Source of the DNA: Yuukianura sp. NJ FZ-2021
Lineage: Eukaryota
DNA: 64,000 nucleotides
Assembly: GCA_046563655.1 (NCBI GenBank)
Contig: CM102287.1
Span: 6,324,001-6,388,000 of the forward strand
Reading direction: 5' to 3'
Shown: positions 1 to 13,228 of the stretch, in pieces
How the letters are laid out: the number at the start of each line of letters is the position of its first letter
Numbering within the stretch: position 1 is the stretch's first letter
The notes under the pieces: model-generated
The model's input: only the letters and a program-made list of their open reading frames with translations
Database searches by the model: none
Told to the model about the DNA's origin: nothing
Program-made: the position numbers and the translations under genes

Positions 1-944
1 CGGTTCTCACTACCGGAGTTTCGGACTTCCCTAACGGTCCGTCGGCTTTGGGAATTTCTGACTTCTCTCACCGCTCGTCGATTTTCGTTACCTGAGTTTC
101 GGGCTTCGCGAACGGTTCGTCGGCTGTCAGTAGCTTCTCGTTCTCGTCGCAAATTTCGAACTTCGTTTGCGGGTTCTCGGATTTCCCTTACCATCCGACG
201 TTCTGTCAATGTGTCTTTCCTTGCTTCTTGTGTTTCACGAACTGCGCGACGTTCATTTCCAAGGTTTCGTGTTTCTCGTCGGTCGTTGCTGCCCACGTCC
301 CTGACTTGCCGCACCGTTCGACGTTCCTCGCCACCTAGCTGTCTGACTGCTCGCCGCTCGCTGTTGGAGTCTCGAATGCTTCGTTCAACGCTGTTTCGCT
401 CCTCGGATGTTCTGACGAGCCGCCTGCTCTCAGCTTCCTCACGATTTTCTCGTACAGTCCTTCGAGCGCTGTTTTCTCTCTCACGGCTTTCTCTAACAGC
501 TCTTTGGTTTTGCTCTTCCCGAACTAAGCGTCGATTTTCAGCGTCTCGCGTAAGCTCGCGACGGTTTTCAAGGCGAACGGAACGCCTGCTGGGGCTGATT
601 TCTCTTTCACGACTTTCTCGTACTACCCGCCTGTTGTCTTCTCGTTCTCGACTGTCACGGATTTCCCGGGTTTCTCTTACAAGTCTGCGGTCTTGACTCT
701 CAGCTCGGGAAGTATCAGTGACATGTCTCCGACTATCGGCTGAAGGTAAAGTTCGCCGTTCTGTCGTTCGGTCAAAGTCTCTGGCTTCTGAAATTCGCGC
801 TGATTTGCCAGTTTCAGTGATTCTTTCAGTAGGAGCCTGGAATCGGTGAGAAGAAACGATCGACTCAGACCTGACGAAGTTGCTGTAGCTTGTGTTTGCA
901 AAGACGACAAGAGCTATGGAAAGTAGAAGTGACGCTGTCTTCAT
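1..944 (-). CDS. Secreted Arg/Glu-rich repetitive protein, 5' part (runs off the left edge of the window)
   Basis: Manual translation from ATG at 944: MKTASLLLSIALVVFANTSYS (signal peptide-like), then an open frame to position 1 with recurring RRxVRE(x)R units. TATAAAA on the minus strand at about 1091-1097. Absent from the ORF track because no stop lies in the window. Confidence 0.8.
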   Translation of the reverse strand, partial: MKTASLLLSIALVVFANTSYSNFVRSESIVSSHRFQAPTERITETGKSARISEARDFDRTTERRTLPSADSRRHVTDTSRAESQDRRLVRETREIRDSREREDNRRVVRESREREISPSRRSVRLENRRELTRDAENRRLVREEQNQRAVRESRERENSARRTVRENREEAESRRLVRTSEERNSVERSIRDSNSERRAVRQLGGEERRTVRQVRDVGSNDRRETRNLGNERRAVRETQEARKDTLTERRMVREIREPANEVRNLRREREATDSRRTVREARNSGNENRRAVREVRNSQSRRTVREVRNSGSEN

Positions 945-1762
945 CGCCACGTTCAGCGGTTCTGTTTTCAGAAAAGTTTTGAATTAAGGGTACTCTACTG
1001 GCTGCTGGAATTTCGAATGTTTCGGTGAGGAGAAAGTCGAGAAATGGAGTCGAGAAATTGAAGTGATTCTGGAGCCAAAGGGCGACGTTCTTTTATACTA
1101 AAAATTTTTCCAGAAAAATCGTTCCACACGCTCAGTTTCTAATTCTGGACTAAATTATCTTTAAATTAAATCCGAATTTAAATTGGACTTCGGTGACGAC
1201 GTGGACTCAGAGAAGACTTCAAGAAATTTTGAAATTGAAGTTAAGTCAAGCAATATGAACTAAATTGGAAACGGGAGAAGCGATCCGTTTTATCACTAGT
1301 GTCCAGGCCCCTGTGTGATTTACGTTCTACACAAAATCCCTAATTCTATTACGTGTTTTAAAACGCCTCCTCGTAAATAACTTCCAAGAAAGTTCTCATT
1401 CACTTTAGAAAATTGATTTAAAAAAAATTGAATGAAAAACGAAAAACTGCGCCGCAGTTTCTCCAGCTTTCGAAAGTGTCAATGGATCCCTTCACAAAAA
1501 ATATCCGAAGTTTATTCCTGGAGAAGATCGACTACGAGCGAAATTTGTACAGGACCCGACTACAAGTTTAGTGTCAAATGACGTCACTAGAATATTTTAC
1601 ACTACATTTGACTCTTGTTATGATAAGGACTAAATAAATGACTCAAGATTCAGGTTGGAATTAAAATGCTGGTGCACGACGATATGCAGGCTAACTACAG
1701 TGCATAAAAGATGCCCGATTCGCTTCTGGAATGTTTAGGAAGACAGGCAGTGTCGAAGAGTT

Positions 1763-4368
1763 CTAAGCTGCTGCCTTGCTTGGTGCAGGAGCTTTGGTGT
1801 CCTTCTCCAGTTGCTTTCCAAGGTACTCCCAATTGTGAACCATGAACTTCTGAACACAGATTAGAGCTTCGTACTTGACACTTGAATTTTCGTGTGTAAG
1901 CAGTGCCATTACAACTTGCTTGCCTCCCAGCTGCTCAATGACGCTAAATACAACAAAGAATTCAACGTTAACAATGTCATGCGCAAAAAAAAATGAAATA
2001 TTCCAATTTTTGTGGGTATGACTTACTTTTTACCACGCACGGAGTAGTGGTGCACAAATTCTCCAATGTCGTAACAAGCGACGCTGAGTACCTGTGGATC
2101 CTTGCTCGTCTGGAGCAGATTGATGAGAATCTTGAGTAGTTCATAGTTCTTATCACAAAGTCGTGCAGCATTCTCGCGCCAAAATTTCGTAGACCTGTGG
2201 ACTGGTGACCACTCCAAGCGTCCCGACTTAATCTCAGAAGAATATTCGTCGAACGAACTCAGATCGTGTACGGACTCGTTGAGCTTCTCTGCAACGTACT
2301 TGATGTCTGCCTCAATATCCTCGTCCTCAAATTTCCGTTGGGCCAGCAGGTCAAGGTGCTTTAGAACGCGCGCTTGGACCATTGCGATGCAATTTTCCTT
2401 ACAAATCTGAGCTTCCTCTGGCTTCTCAATCAAATTTCGAAGAACAGCTACCACAATGCGAATTACTTTCTCTTTCACGTTATCGCTGAGGATGTCAGCC
2501 AGTATCGGAATGAGATTGTACCTTGGTTGAAGTAATTAAAAAACATAAATTAGCAAATTGACCAGGATAGCCGTACTCTTTTAGCATAATAAATGATATG
2601 TGTCATACTTGTTCATCTTATTCGCCAAGGTAGGGTTGAAAGTGAGAACCCAGAAGCAGAACGTAAGCTGGTACTGAATTTGGAAGTTGTGTCTTCCGGA
2701 GAGGACATGCACCAGAGCCGAGATACCATCGACAGCCACAAAGGCAAACCTGTACTCATCAATTCGTAACAGCATCTGGAGGCAGCGCCCAACAGACTGA
2801 ATGTACTCGTTCTCCTGCATGTAAGAATAGTTAGACTGAATTTTCTGAAATACTGAACTGATGAAATGGACGAGGACGAACTTACAGGCATTCTCAATTG
2901 ATCATTCAACCACGATAGGTAATAATTAAGTTCTGTGCCTTCCATCAAGTCGGTGCTACTCCAGCAAGCCATTTTAGCCAACAGTCGAGAAACCATGTTA
3001 GTGATGAATCCATCAGGCTTGGTCAGCATATTCAGAAATGGAGCAAATGGAGATTCTTTTCGCTTTCGCGCATATTCCTTGAAAATTTCAACCCGAGTCC
3101 GATCTTCCTGAAACACCAACGACGAAAGACGTTAGAATTTGTTATGACCAGTTTAGTAGTAAAAGATAACCAAATACAACTTGATTCCTACCGTAATCAT
3201 ATCGTCAATCAGGACCAAGACATAATATATTGTCTGATCTTTGGAGATGTGCCCCATGAGGTTCAAGAACGTTTTCGCACATTGTTGACCTTGCTCTTGA
3301 AGTAGCTGTTCCCTGGCTGCGCCTGAAGAAGAGTCAAATGCGACGACGAAGTTGTAGTCTTCTTGAGAAATCATCTGGCTACTGCAAAGACACATTACCA
3401 GCGTCAGTATACCGTCAGTTGGTCAACTTGCATACTAACGTAAAATACTGTGAATAACCTTACTGAAGGTAGGGTTGCCAGGTGACACGTTGCGCCCGGA
3501 CATCATTGGCTCTCTGCTGAAGAAGGCTCGTCGCAGCCATAAGATCTGAATCAAAAATGGAATAAACCTTTAGTTGTAATTGCTTTACAATCATAAAGCA
3601 AACTGAATTAGTATACGATGAGATATTTATCACAGACTTTTCCACTCAATAATAATAATATCCTTCCAAATTGCCGCTTATCTACCGCAAACTCGCGAAG
3701 GGTTCTATGGGAGAGATAGGAAATTGCACTTTCACCCAGAGTATCAGATGTGGGCATCCCAGTTCTCCCTATCTCATACATGGGGGCACAATTTAGTTAA
3801 AGTTAGGTTAGGTTAAGTTAGGGTAGTGACCGCCCAAAACTAATTACAGATTCGTAATCAGCGTAAAAAACTGAGTTAATTGAGATTTTGATCTCAATTA
3901 AACGAGCTTCGCGAGTTTTCGGTAGGAGTTCCCAAATTGCTTCTGTTACGCCTCAATTTGCGAAATGTCGAACCTCGGACAAAAGATTAGATAAAACGTG
4001 GCATAGTACGTCATGTGGATAGCGTGCATTAGGTAGGAGTAGAAGTAATTGAATTTCTTTGTGGAGGTCATCGTAATCTAACCCACGAAAAGACCCAGCG
4101 TACTAAATTGACGTCGCTTAGCGGCTTCGCATATCCCCAAAAGGATAAGAAATCGCATTTTAACTTTGTTGTCATCATCGTTCCGAAAACTAACAAATCA
4201 AACTCCTAATGAATTGCGATTTATAAAAGCATCTACGTCGTAAATTTTAAAAGGTACTTCTATCGTTCTACTTACTAATTAAAAAAAACTAAACGTTTTA
4301 CCTCCCTTCTCCAATTCATCAGGAATGCTGACTGCAAACTTGGCTTGATCTCCAGCTCCATTTGCCAT
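1763..4368 (-). CDS. VhaSFD: V-type proton ATPase subunit H, multi-exon
   Basis: Exons spell [81 protein letters not shown] and [16 protein letters not shown] introns; first exon 4368-4302 (phase 1); stop TAG at 1763. Confidence 0.95.
3682..3925. repeat. Nested inverted repeats in intron 1 of V-ATPase H
   Basis: ctaccgcaaactcgcgaag (3682-3700) and cttcgcgagttttcggtag (3907-3925) are 18/19 complementary. Internal perfect hairpin taattgagat-tttg-atctcaatta (3877-3900). Confidence 0.75.
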
Positions 4369-5192
4369 TTTGCGTCGATTACTACAAATAAATTACGTTA
4401 AAGTGAATTAGTTGACCTTAGTTGACCTCCAATGTCAGCAGTAACTTTATACAGCTGTTTGTCGCTTTTTGATTGGAATGGTTTTATCCAGATTTGTTTG
4501 TTGTATTTTTTTTTGTCAAAAATTTTACACACCCATGTTTTTGAAATTGGCGGTGATGTTTCCCCCAATCACGCGAGGGGATTATCTCTGAAAGGGAGTT
4601 TTTGAGAGCGTCTTTGCGCTTCTTATGGCTATGACGCCGCTGATATGAATTCTTAGTAATCGCTTTCGCTTCCAGAAGTTCCAGTTCATTTCCAGCGATT
4701 TGACCCGTTTCAACACCAACTTCGTTTTTAGCATTCAACAGAAAAATACGACGAAATATTTGACAAATTGAAAGCATGATACATTGCGTCTCCTCAATTA
4801 CAAAATTTTGAAACTCCTTCTTCACCCCTTGTTTCCAACCCTCTCTTATTATTTCCTGTCCTATTTTAATTTTCTTGCAAAATGTAAAAACTTGATTGGT
4901 TGTTGATTATCCAATCAACAACCTATATTTGCAATTTCAAGTTGGCAAGAAAATTATGGATTATGGTGTTTCGTTTCGCCGATACGGTACTCTTTCGTTT
5001 GCCGTGTCGGCGTAGATTTCATTAATCGATGAATGTTATCTTTTATCTGAACATCAAAAGTGATATCAAAGTGTGACTAATCACATAAAACACTTAAGAG
5101 AGGCTAGATGTTGGTAAATCACTTTGCTATCACAGTTCATTTTTGCAAGGTTTCTGTCATCCGACACAAGTTAAGCTTTAAGTTAACCAGAA

Positions 5193-5726
5193 ATGAGCAA
5201 TAGTCAGTTATTCGCCATGTTGTGTCTCACTTTTGCAACGATTTCAACCCAAATCCTTCCGTCTTCTAGTGCTTCGGAGCCTGCGCCGTATTACGGAGAC
5301 CCGTGTAACCCATCGGACGCTGGAAGCGACGAATCTACCTGCAAAAACAGCGACACAGCGTTAATTTGCTCTTCTATCACAAGTACCTGCGATTGTCCTA
5401 CTGGCGTATCACTGCCTGGGGCAACCTGTGAAGGCCGCACAATCAATACACAGTGGATGGAAATGTACTCAGTTGGCTACTGCTACGCAACATTAAATTC
5501 AGCGTGCAACAGCGCCTTGACTGGCAGTGGCCAAGTTTCATGTGCTCCGGGGTTACTGTGTATCCAAGTTGTCGGTGAACCTACTGGAAATGGTGTCTGT
5601 ATGAACCAGTCAGTAGGTGCTGATGCTACAAACGACTTTTGCAAAAATGGAAGTGCAAGTGGAACCAGCGTTTTTGGAATTCTTGCGTTCTTTGGAGCTA
5701 TGGTCATAATTTTATTTGCACAGTAA
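5193..5726 (+). CDS. Small Cys-rich secreted, possibly GPI-anchored protein of unknown family
   Basis: Single-exon 177-aa ORF with N-terminal signal peptide, Cys-rich core and C-terminal small residues followed by a hydrophobic tail. AATAAA follows at about 5777. Confidence 0.8.
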   Translation: MSNSQLFAMLCLTFATISTQILPSSSASEPAPYYGDPCNPSDAGSDESTCKNSDTALICSSITSTCDCPTGVSLPGATCEGRTINTQWMEMYSVGYCYATLNSACNSALTGSGQVSCAPGLLCIQVVGEPTGNGVCMNQSVGADATNDFCKNGSASGTSVFGILAFFGAMVIILFAQ

Positions 5727-6223
5727 ACGTTGTCATTCGCAATTTAAATTAACTACTACTCCGCATTCCTTTGTTTAATAAAGTTCCACGTGGAGATGTG
5801 AAGTTTTAGCTTCAGTTGAACCTGTTCGAATGGGCAAGGTCACCCAGTTTTCTTCTTTTCAGTAAATATTTATTACTTCAACTCTGAAGCGTATTTGTTG
5901 TACATCCTATTCCGTAAATTTTGTACTAGTTTTGTAGCTTGTATGTTATTTAATTGTGCACTTTGTCGTCAACGTTGACGAGACGCGAGCAGCATGCTGT
6001 CCCAATCATCATATCATCGTTACCCGTACAATGAGTGAACAAAATTTCAAAACATTGCCTGGTGTAAATAAAATTTAACACAAAATAATTTTTAGTAAGT
6101 CGCTGCAACCTTCCCTGACAAAGTACTTTTTGTTCATTTTATTTAATACTTGGGGTTGAGACAGGATTATAATATGTAACTACGAATTATTTTTAAGATT
6201 TGAACTTCCCGCTTTGTTAAATG

Positions 6224-6493
6224 TTAAAATCCTCCTCCGAACGGGATTCCTTGTCCATTTTGTAGATTGTTGGTGTTAGTGTTGATGATGTTAATTGGTT
6301 GCTGAAATCCACCGTTTCTGCGATTTTCGATCCGTTGATGTATTCTGTCCAACAATCCCATCAAGAGTAACGTTCGGCCGGATCGTACGTCGCCTGCGTC
6401 CAGCCCTTGCGCATCGTCAGACTTTGAATCTGCAGCACTAAAAGTTATGACAGCAACAACCACCAGCAACAATACAACGACCCAACGCCCCAT
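6224..6493 (-). CDS. Small secreted protein (89 aa), unknown function
   Basis: Strong signal peptide MGRWVVVLLLVVVAVITFSA; ATG directly follows an AG acceptor (5'UTR intron); TATA-like element at about 6651-6657. Confidence 0.7.
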   Translation of the reverse strand: MGRWVVVLLLVVVAVITFSAADSKSDDAQGLDAGDVRSGRTLLLMGLLDRIHQRIENRRNGGFQQPINIINTNTNNLQNGQGIPFGGGF

Positions 6494-8399
6494 CTAATAT
6501 TTTTAAAAAAATATTTATTATAGGCAAAATTTTAAGTAGATAACTTTTAGAAATTCTCTAGTACCTTTGAGTGCACAAATTTTGAAAAATTTCAACGAGT
6601 CCCTTTCAAATCTAACCTCCAGCGAGCTCAAATTTCAAATGGCCTTTGTAATATATACCAAAAACAGCGACTTGCCAAGAGTCATTAGGAGGCTAATTAA
6701 TTGTTTGTTAATTATTAGTTAATTAGTACATCCACAATCGTAGTTATTGTGAAATTGAGAATATGACACTGTCACTGCTACCTCATAATGGGTTTTCAAA
6801 AGGTTTAGGGTTTCAATATACTTTTGAAAATTTGAGACAAATCACATTTTTAAGTTTCAATTGGTTTTTGAAAATTGGCAAGTATTAAATTCTAGAGTCT
6901 TAAATAGCCTTTTGAAAATTTGAGAAGGATCAAAGAGAGTTTCAATAGATTTTGCAAAATCCTACGACAATTGAACGGGCTAATGGCGAATCCCCATTGA
7001 ATTTCAATGCATGCGCAGTGAAATTCAATTTTTAGGTTAAAAAAAATTCTTAACTTAAATTAAATTTCTTTTTAGTTCTTCCAGTCAAGGTTAATCGTGT
7101 TCTATACTTATAGTATTACTAGTGTTATTTTGATCAGAACAGAACCAATCATTTGCGTTTATGTTACACTTCCTGGAGTGTCAATGTCAAATGTCATATT
7201 GGTTTAGATCTTTTGTTCAAAACTGTCAATATATTAGTAAGCAGTAACATTAGTGGTTTCAAATTATGTTAAAACTAACGTCAGTTAGACAACTTTATTG
7301 CCATCCTATCAAATTTTGTGGGAAGTGGAACTAAGCTTTTGTATCAAATACTGGAAGCGAAACTTTATCATCTGCGCTGAATTTTTTTTTCTGCTGTAGC
7401 AGTTGCGGATTAACCACAATTTAAGCAGCATCAATCATCACACATAATTCTTATTCTTGACACATTGTATACTTTAACCTTTGACTGTAACTCATACTAA
7501 CTGTTTGCATTAGTATAGCTGCCAATGATGTTCTGAATGTTTTAACTGAACTTTATTTAGTTCTGAAGGCGTTACATCTCAAAATACTTGCCCTTCTGCC
7601 CGTCTATTAAATGGATCTTATTTTACTAAATGTCGTGGTACAGCGTTGGTTGAGCTGTCGTGTTTTTGCAAAGGTGTGTGCAAATTAGTAGTACCTAATT
7701 AAGCACTATGCCACTTCTGTGTTCAAGTGGTACTGCGGGGGATTTGGAGCTTGGGGATCACTGCTAGGGATTTGGGATGCTGCAAAATGCAATCAACCTA
7801 AACCAACCCCAATCGTTCTCTAAGCCAGCAAGTCCATGCCCATACACAACCAGTACTTACTAAATCTACAAGAATAAAAAATAGTAGGACCTGTTTGTTT
7901 GCGTCTTTTGTGCAAAGCTTATGACATACGAAGGGGAGTAACAAGAACTCAGTCATCGTAGTGTATATCACTATTTAGCTAGAATTTTTACAGATTATTC
8001 ATCGAAATCTTTCAGCTTGTGTTGTGCTTGTGATCTGCACTACTCTTGTTGCGAAAAAAAAAGTAGAGTGGTCAGAGGGCAGTTCATCTCTGAGCACTGA
8101 AAGACTCTCTAGTAACAAATTATCGCTGCTGCGGTACAAGGTTTTAGTCGCTTTTTATTTTTCTTAGAATTTGTTTATCTTTTATTCAGCGTTGCTCAAG
8201 TTAAGTTCTAAGTTACTACAGTTAGATAGAAACTACATCTGAAGAAGTCGCGCTTGCGAAGCATAGCTGGATTTCCGTGCTTTTGGTGCGCTTTTCAGTA
8301 GCATTTCCTGAGAAAAGTGAAAAAAGTGAATATAGGGTGGGAAAATGTGATCGTTTTCGTCATTTGAAAACTAAAGAAACGGTGAACTCTCAATTAGAG

Positions 8400-11300
8400 A
8401 TGGAACTATTTGGAAGAACAAACTTATTGCGGTTGAGGTTTGTTAGTGTTGTGTTCCTAATCTTGCTAAACCTTGAAGATGCAACTGTCGTGGGAAGAAT
8501 TTCTATCAATGCACTGCCACCATTTCGCGTAAAAAACAATGGTCCGATATTTTTACCGCTTCAAAGTGCAACACAAAATGAAACTGTGGAGACTGAAGAA
8601 GAGCTTTTTATGATTTGTCCCTCTAAGCCAGAGATTACACTGTTAAATTATAGTCGTAATGGAGTTACGCCCGATGAAACCGGGAGAACTGACTTAAGCG
8701 ATGAATCTGACCCCCATGGAGATGAAATAGTGTGGATGGCACCGTTCGCCGCCACGATGCACATTCAGTGTAGGTCATCATCACCTATCCAATGGATCTT
8801 TGAAGGACCACTGGTAAGTCAAGGACCTTGACTCAAGGTCAAGTGAAATGTTATTCACTTCAATAGTTCTCGTTTTCGTTTTCCAGGAACCTGAAGTCAT
8901 GTCAATTGATACATTTCGTGATTCACCCTCTGATTGGTCAGAGCCGGATCGAACCGAAGCGTCCAAATGTTTTCGGATTGTTATGAAACTGATTTCTGGA
9001 AAAAGATCTACAGGCAGATATAGATGTGAAAAAATTAGAAATGACGACCTCGTGGCTGGCGCTGACACCGACGCTGAATTCAAAAACTCTTCCGTATCCT
9101 CGCTCTATCTTTATGGAGAAGGTGAGAAAATAGAATTGCATTAAAACCTTGATTAGAAAATGTATTTTCGGAAATTGAAATTGAAAACTTATGTGCATAT
9201 TTATGTGAACAGCAAATGGTCCACCGCTACTCCTGTACACTGCAAAGGAATTCAGCGTCTTTCAGCAAGCAGATTCTCCAACGGTTGTACTTCCGTGTCA
9301 AGTTGTCAATCCGACTCAGACTCCCACTCTGTACAAAGGAAATTCACAGGTTAGTTAGTAATCACTAGTATTCAAGCATTCGCAAGCACAGGCAAAACAA
9401 TTCTTTCTTGCTTGTCAGTTCCAAACCCATAAGTGCGGATTTTTTTCTCATAATTTTAAAAAATGTTCTCATTCCTGCTAAAAGTTCTAAATTCATTTAA
9501 TTTTTTGTGTAGATCGTCCCTGTGGACGATGATGCCGTGTCGTATGATCCAAAACTTGGATTTACGCTGAATTTGCAAAAAATGCAGAACCCATTTGACC
9601 AGTACAAATGTCGAGCTCCAGGGGGAGGAGCTGTGCACATCGAAGTTCATCCTTTACCTGGTAAGTAACTTAAGTTTAGAAAGTTTTGCGGTTAGGTTCA
9701 CGTAATCTAACTTCGCGTTAATTTTTAGAAGCGATTAAGACAAAAAATTTCTTGTTCTCGGAATTACAGATTTCCGAGTATCTCCAGCGACCACTCGTTT
9801 GGCTGTAGTAGAAGGAAATTCGATTACTTTGACCTGTGAAGCCACTTTTCCAATTCGCTTTGAAGGGTTACAAAATGATGCAAAATTGACCCAGGACGAC
9901 ACTGCTTCACACTACAAGTACAAAATAAGCTATGCGTTTCAATTTCCTGGAATTCAAGTCGCCAGTATCTCCTGCGTTGACGAAAGTCATAACTCAACTC
10001 TACATAGTTGGAGTACCACCGTTATCAGTAAAGTTAAAATTTCTTAGAAAAATTCACATCGAAAGTTCAAATTTTAACTTTTTTTCACTTTCAGCACCCG
10101 AAAATGAATTGAGTAGTGGTATCAGCTACAACGCCACCATCAAACGATTCTACTGTGTGTCCAAAACATCTTATACCCCAACAATCATCTTCGCTGGATG
10201 CAACAACCTGATGCAGTGTGGACTAACCCAGAAGTGCTTGTCATGGAATGCTCCTTATAAAGTAACTTAAAATTATTTGTAAGATTCAAAAACGCTTCGG
10301 GGATGGTTCAGGTAATTGAAATGGTGCTGGTTTTGGTTTCGGTGATTTTAGTTTAAAACGCTGATCCCGTTTCAGTTGCCACACGGAGGCAATACTTGTG
10401 TATCCAAAAATAGACTTAGACCAGGAACATTGAATCGCTGCAGTGACCAGGAGAAGAGGAATTTAAATATCAGCGGTGAGACAGGTTGCAGCTACGTGTC
10501 CAATTTTAACAATTCTTCCGGATTTGTGGAGTGCTCTCTACATGACAATGGAGAAACAGTCCGGCATTATTATTTTAACGGAATCAAATCTCGCGCTGAT
10601 TTTGGTAAGCACTTGAATCAAAAGATGTCAAATTCACAAACAGATTCAACTTACGAGTTTTTAATTTTGCAGTGGTTTCTGACTGGCACACAGCTCCCGT
10701 CGACGAATTGATCGGCATCAAGCCACTGCAACAAAATAGGACGTTTTATACTAAAGAAGAAATTGACGTTGAATGTGTAGTTTCCAAATTCCTGTTTGCT
10801 TATGGACAAATTTTTGAATTTAAAATGCAAAACGGATTATACATTGCTGCTCACGGTAAGTAATTGTACGAATAATGTAATGTTGAGGAAATCATTGACA
10901 ATTTCCAATGGTAATGTGTAAAATTGCTTTTTACCATTTGCAGAAATCTCGACCGATGTACGAGATGCTGAAAATGGAACCGTGATAGTAAAAACGTCCA
11001 AACTGAAGCTTGACGATGATCGCATTACTGATATTGTTTGTCGCGCTCCATACTGGAATCAAACAGGCGACATGATAAACATCTTTCCTATTAGTGTTAA
11101 AGGTAAGAAAAAAAAAATTTTTTTTAAGACGTTGCAAAAAAATTTTATGTATTCCTTTTACGTTTTTGATTTTAGCGAGTGTGCCACCCTCAGTTCTTCC
11201 TCTCCAAAAATCCAATATGGCTGTAGAAGCTGGATCCAATATTTCTGTGCCATGCGAAGCTACAGGGTTGCCACCACCAGGGGTCGCATGGTACCGAGAT

Positions 11301-13228
11301 CTACGTCTGAAGGTTAAAAATGTTTATACTATCTTTTAATGTCATGTCGTTTTGAATTTGAATCTAACTTCTTGTTTTTACAGAGAAAAGAAGATGAGCG
11401 GATGACCCCAATTGGGAGCAGTGCAACGCTGCAAATCGATCCCGTGAATCCTGATGCTGCCGGTGAATATTATTGTAAAGCTACCAACGTCGCTGGCTCA
11501 GAAATTGTAAAGTTGAATCTCGATGTTTTCCGTAAGCCAACACTCAAATGGTACAAGTTCTTTTTTAGACGACGGCCGAATGTGAAATAAACGTTCTGTT
11601 TTCAGAAAGCAAAGTAGCAGTGTACACTCTTTCAATACTTGGGGTCATTGTGTCTGCCGTGTTCCTTGTCATTTTGACCGTGATTTGGCGGAAATTGCGC
11701 AAAAATCAAGCAATTGTTCGTCGTTTGACGGAAAAGGAGGAGAAGCAATTTCTTCTTGGGGACTTGGAGGCTCTTCGGAGTATCCCTGACGGTTATATTC
11801 GAGCAGAATTTTTACCCTACGACAAAAAATATGAAATTAAAGAAGAAAACTTGAAAATTGGTAATTAGAAAACAATTAACGATTGTGCCAACCTGTTGAA
11901 TAACCCAGTAATTCTGTTTGTCCAGGCGAAGAAGTTATAGACTCCGGAGCCTATGGGGTTGTTCTCAAAGCCACCCTCTGTGACAATGATAGAAGCCAAG
12001 AAGTTGCTGTTAAAACTAGCAAAAATTCAGACATTAATCATTACAAAGCATTACTTACGGAACTGAAAACGATGGGCTACATAGGTCGGCATGAACATAT
12101 CATCCAGTTCCACGGAGCTGTCACCAGAAACATTAGAGACAGTAAGCGTCTTGTCCTACATACAAAATAGTAACTTGTTACAAGTTATCGTAGGTTAGTT
12201 AGCTTAAGTTTAGGCGAACCTTCAACGTTGAATTGTTATCATGTCCTTGCAGGAGAAGTGTATATTGTGATGGAGTATTGTCGCTTGGGAAGTTTAGAAA
12301 AGTTCCTGCGGGCCAATCGAGCTTCATTCCTGAATCAAATTGTGGATGAAAAGATTGATTTCACTATTAGTTTCAAGTAAGAATTTTTTATCAAGTATTT
12401 TAGTACTTACCGTAGTAATTAGGATAGTGAAATTAGAATTACATATGCAATTCGTATGTAACAGCCCCCAGCTAGCATACCAACCTGTCCAGTACGCAAT
12501 TACGACAGCCGATTTGATTTCATGGGCTTATCAAATAGCCGATGGCATGGAGTACTTGGCCAACAAAAACGTATTTCACGGCGACCTGGCTACCAGAAAT
12601 CTTCTACTGAACGAGGAGCGAACCGTGAAGATCATCGACTTTGGATTGTCCAAACGTGTGTACAACGGATCCAACTATGTCAGTCATTCACTGGTAGGTC
12701 AAGCGCTATCACTAAACACTAAACAACGATAAAAACAAGTAACATGCTAAATTTTTTATGAATTCAACGCAGATGCCCCTGCCATGGCAAAACTCCTCTC
12801 CGGAAACGCTACAAGATAACGTCTTTTCGACGCAGGCCGACGTCTGGTCCATGGGAGTGACACTGTGGGAACTGTTTTCCCTTGGCAGTGTCCCTTACAC
12901 AGAAATAGCTTACAACAAGGACTTCCGTAACAGGCTTCTGGGAGGACTAAGGCTGGAGAAACCCCAATTTGCCAATAAAAACATTTACAACGTCATGCTC
13001 AAATGCTGGAAGAATACGCCGGCGGAACGAATCTCATTCACGGAATTGAAACGATTTTTCTATCGAATTCTCCATAACTGGACAGAGGAACCTTCACAAG
13101 ACAGTGAAATTGACGTCAGAATTCCGTTGAGAATCAATACACCTCCACAAGTCGGAAATCACTATGTTGTGAATCCATTCAATCCACAGCAGCAACAACG
13201 AGCGGCACATTACACAACCATGGTGTAA
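8400..13228 (+). CDS. PDGF/VEGF receptor-related (PVR-like) receptor tyrosine kinase, multi-exon
   Basis: Signal peptide, several Ig-like exons (SVPCEATGLPPPGVAWY..DAAGEYYCKATN), TM helix near 11620-11690, juxtamembrane LPYDKKYEI, kinase motifs IDSGAYG, VAVK, HGDLATRN, DFG, DVWSMGVTLWELFSLGSVPY. HGD in place of HRD is typical of PVR. Confidence 0.88.

Noticed and set aside
211..696. 161-aa Ser/Arg-rich plus-strand ORF
   Set aside because: Antisense shadow of the minus-strand Arg/Glu-rich gene, which has a signal peptide and TATA box.
3801..3823. TTAGG-like units (also near 53851) as interstitial telomere
   Set aside because: Only 2-4 imperfect units; too short to call.
4484..4825. 113-aa minus-strand ORF upstream of V-ATPase H
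   Set aside because: Non-ATG start, no recognisable motif or splice context; probably promoter-region noise.
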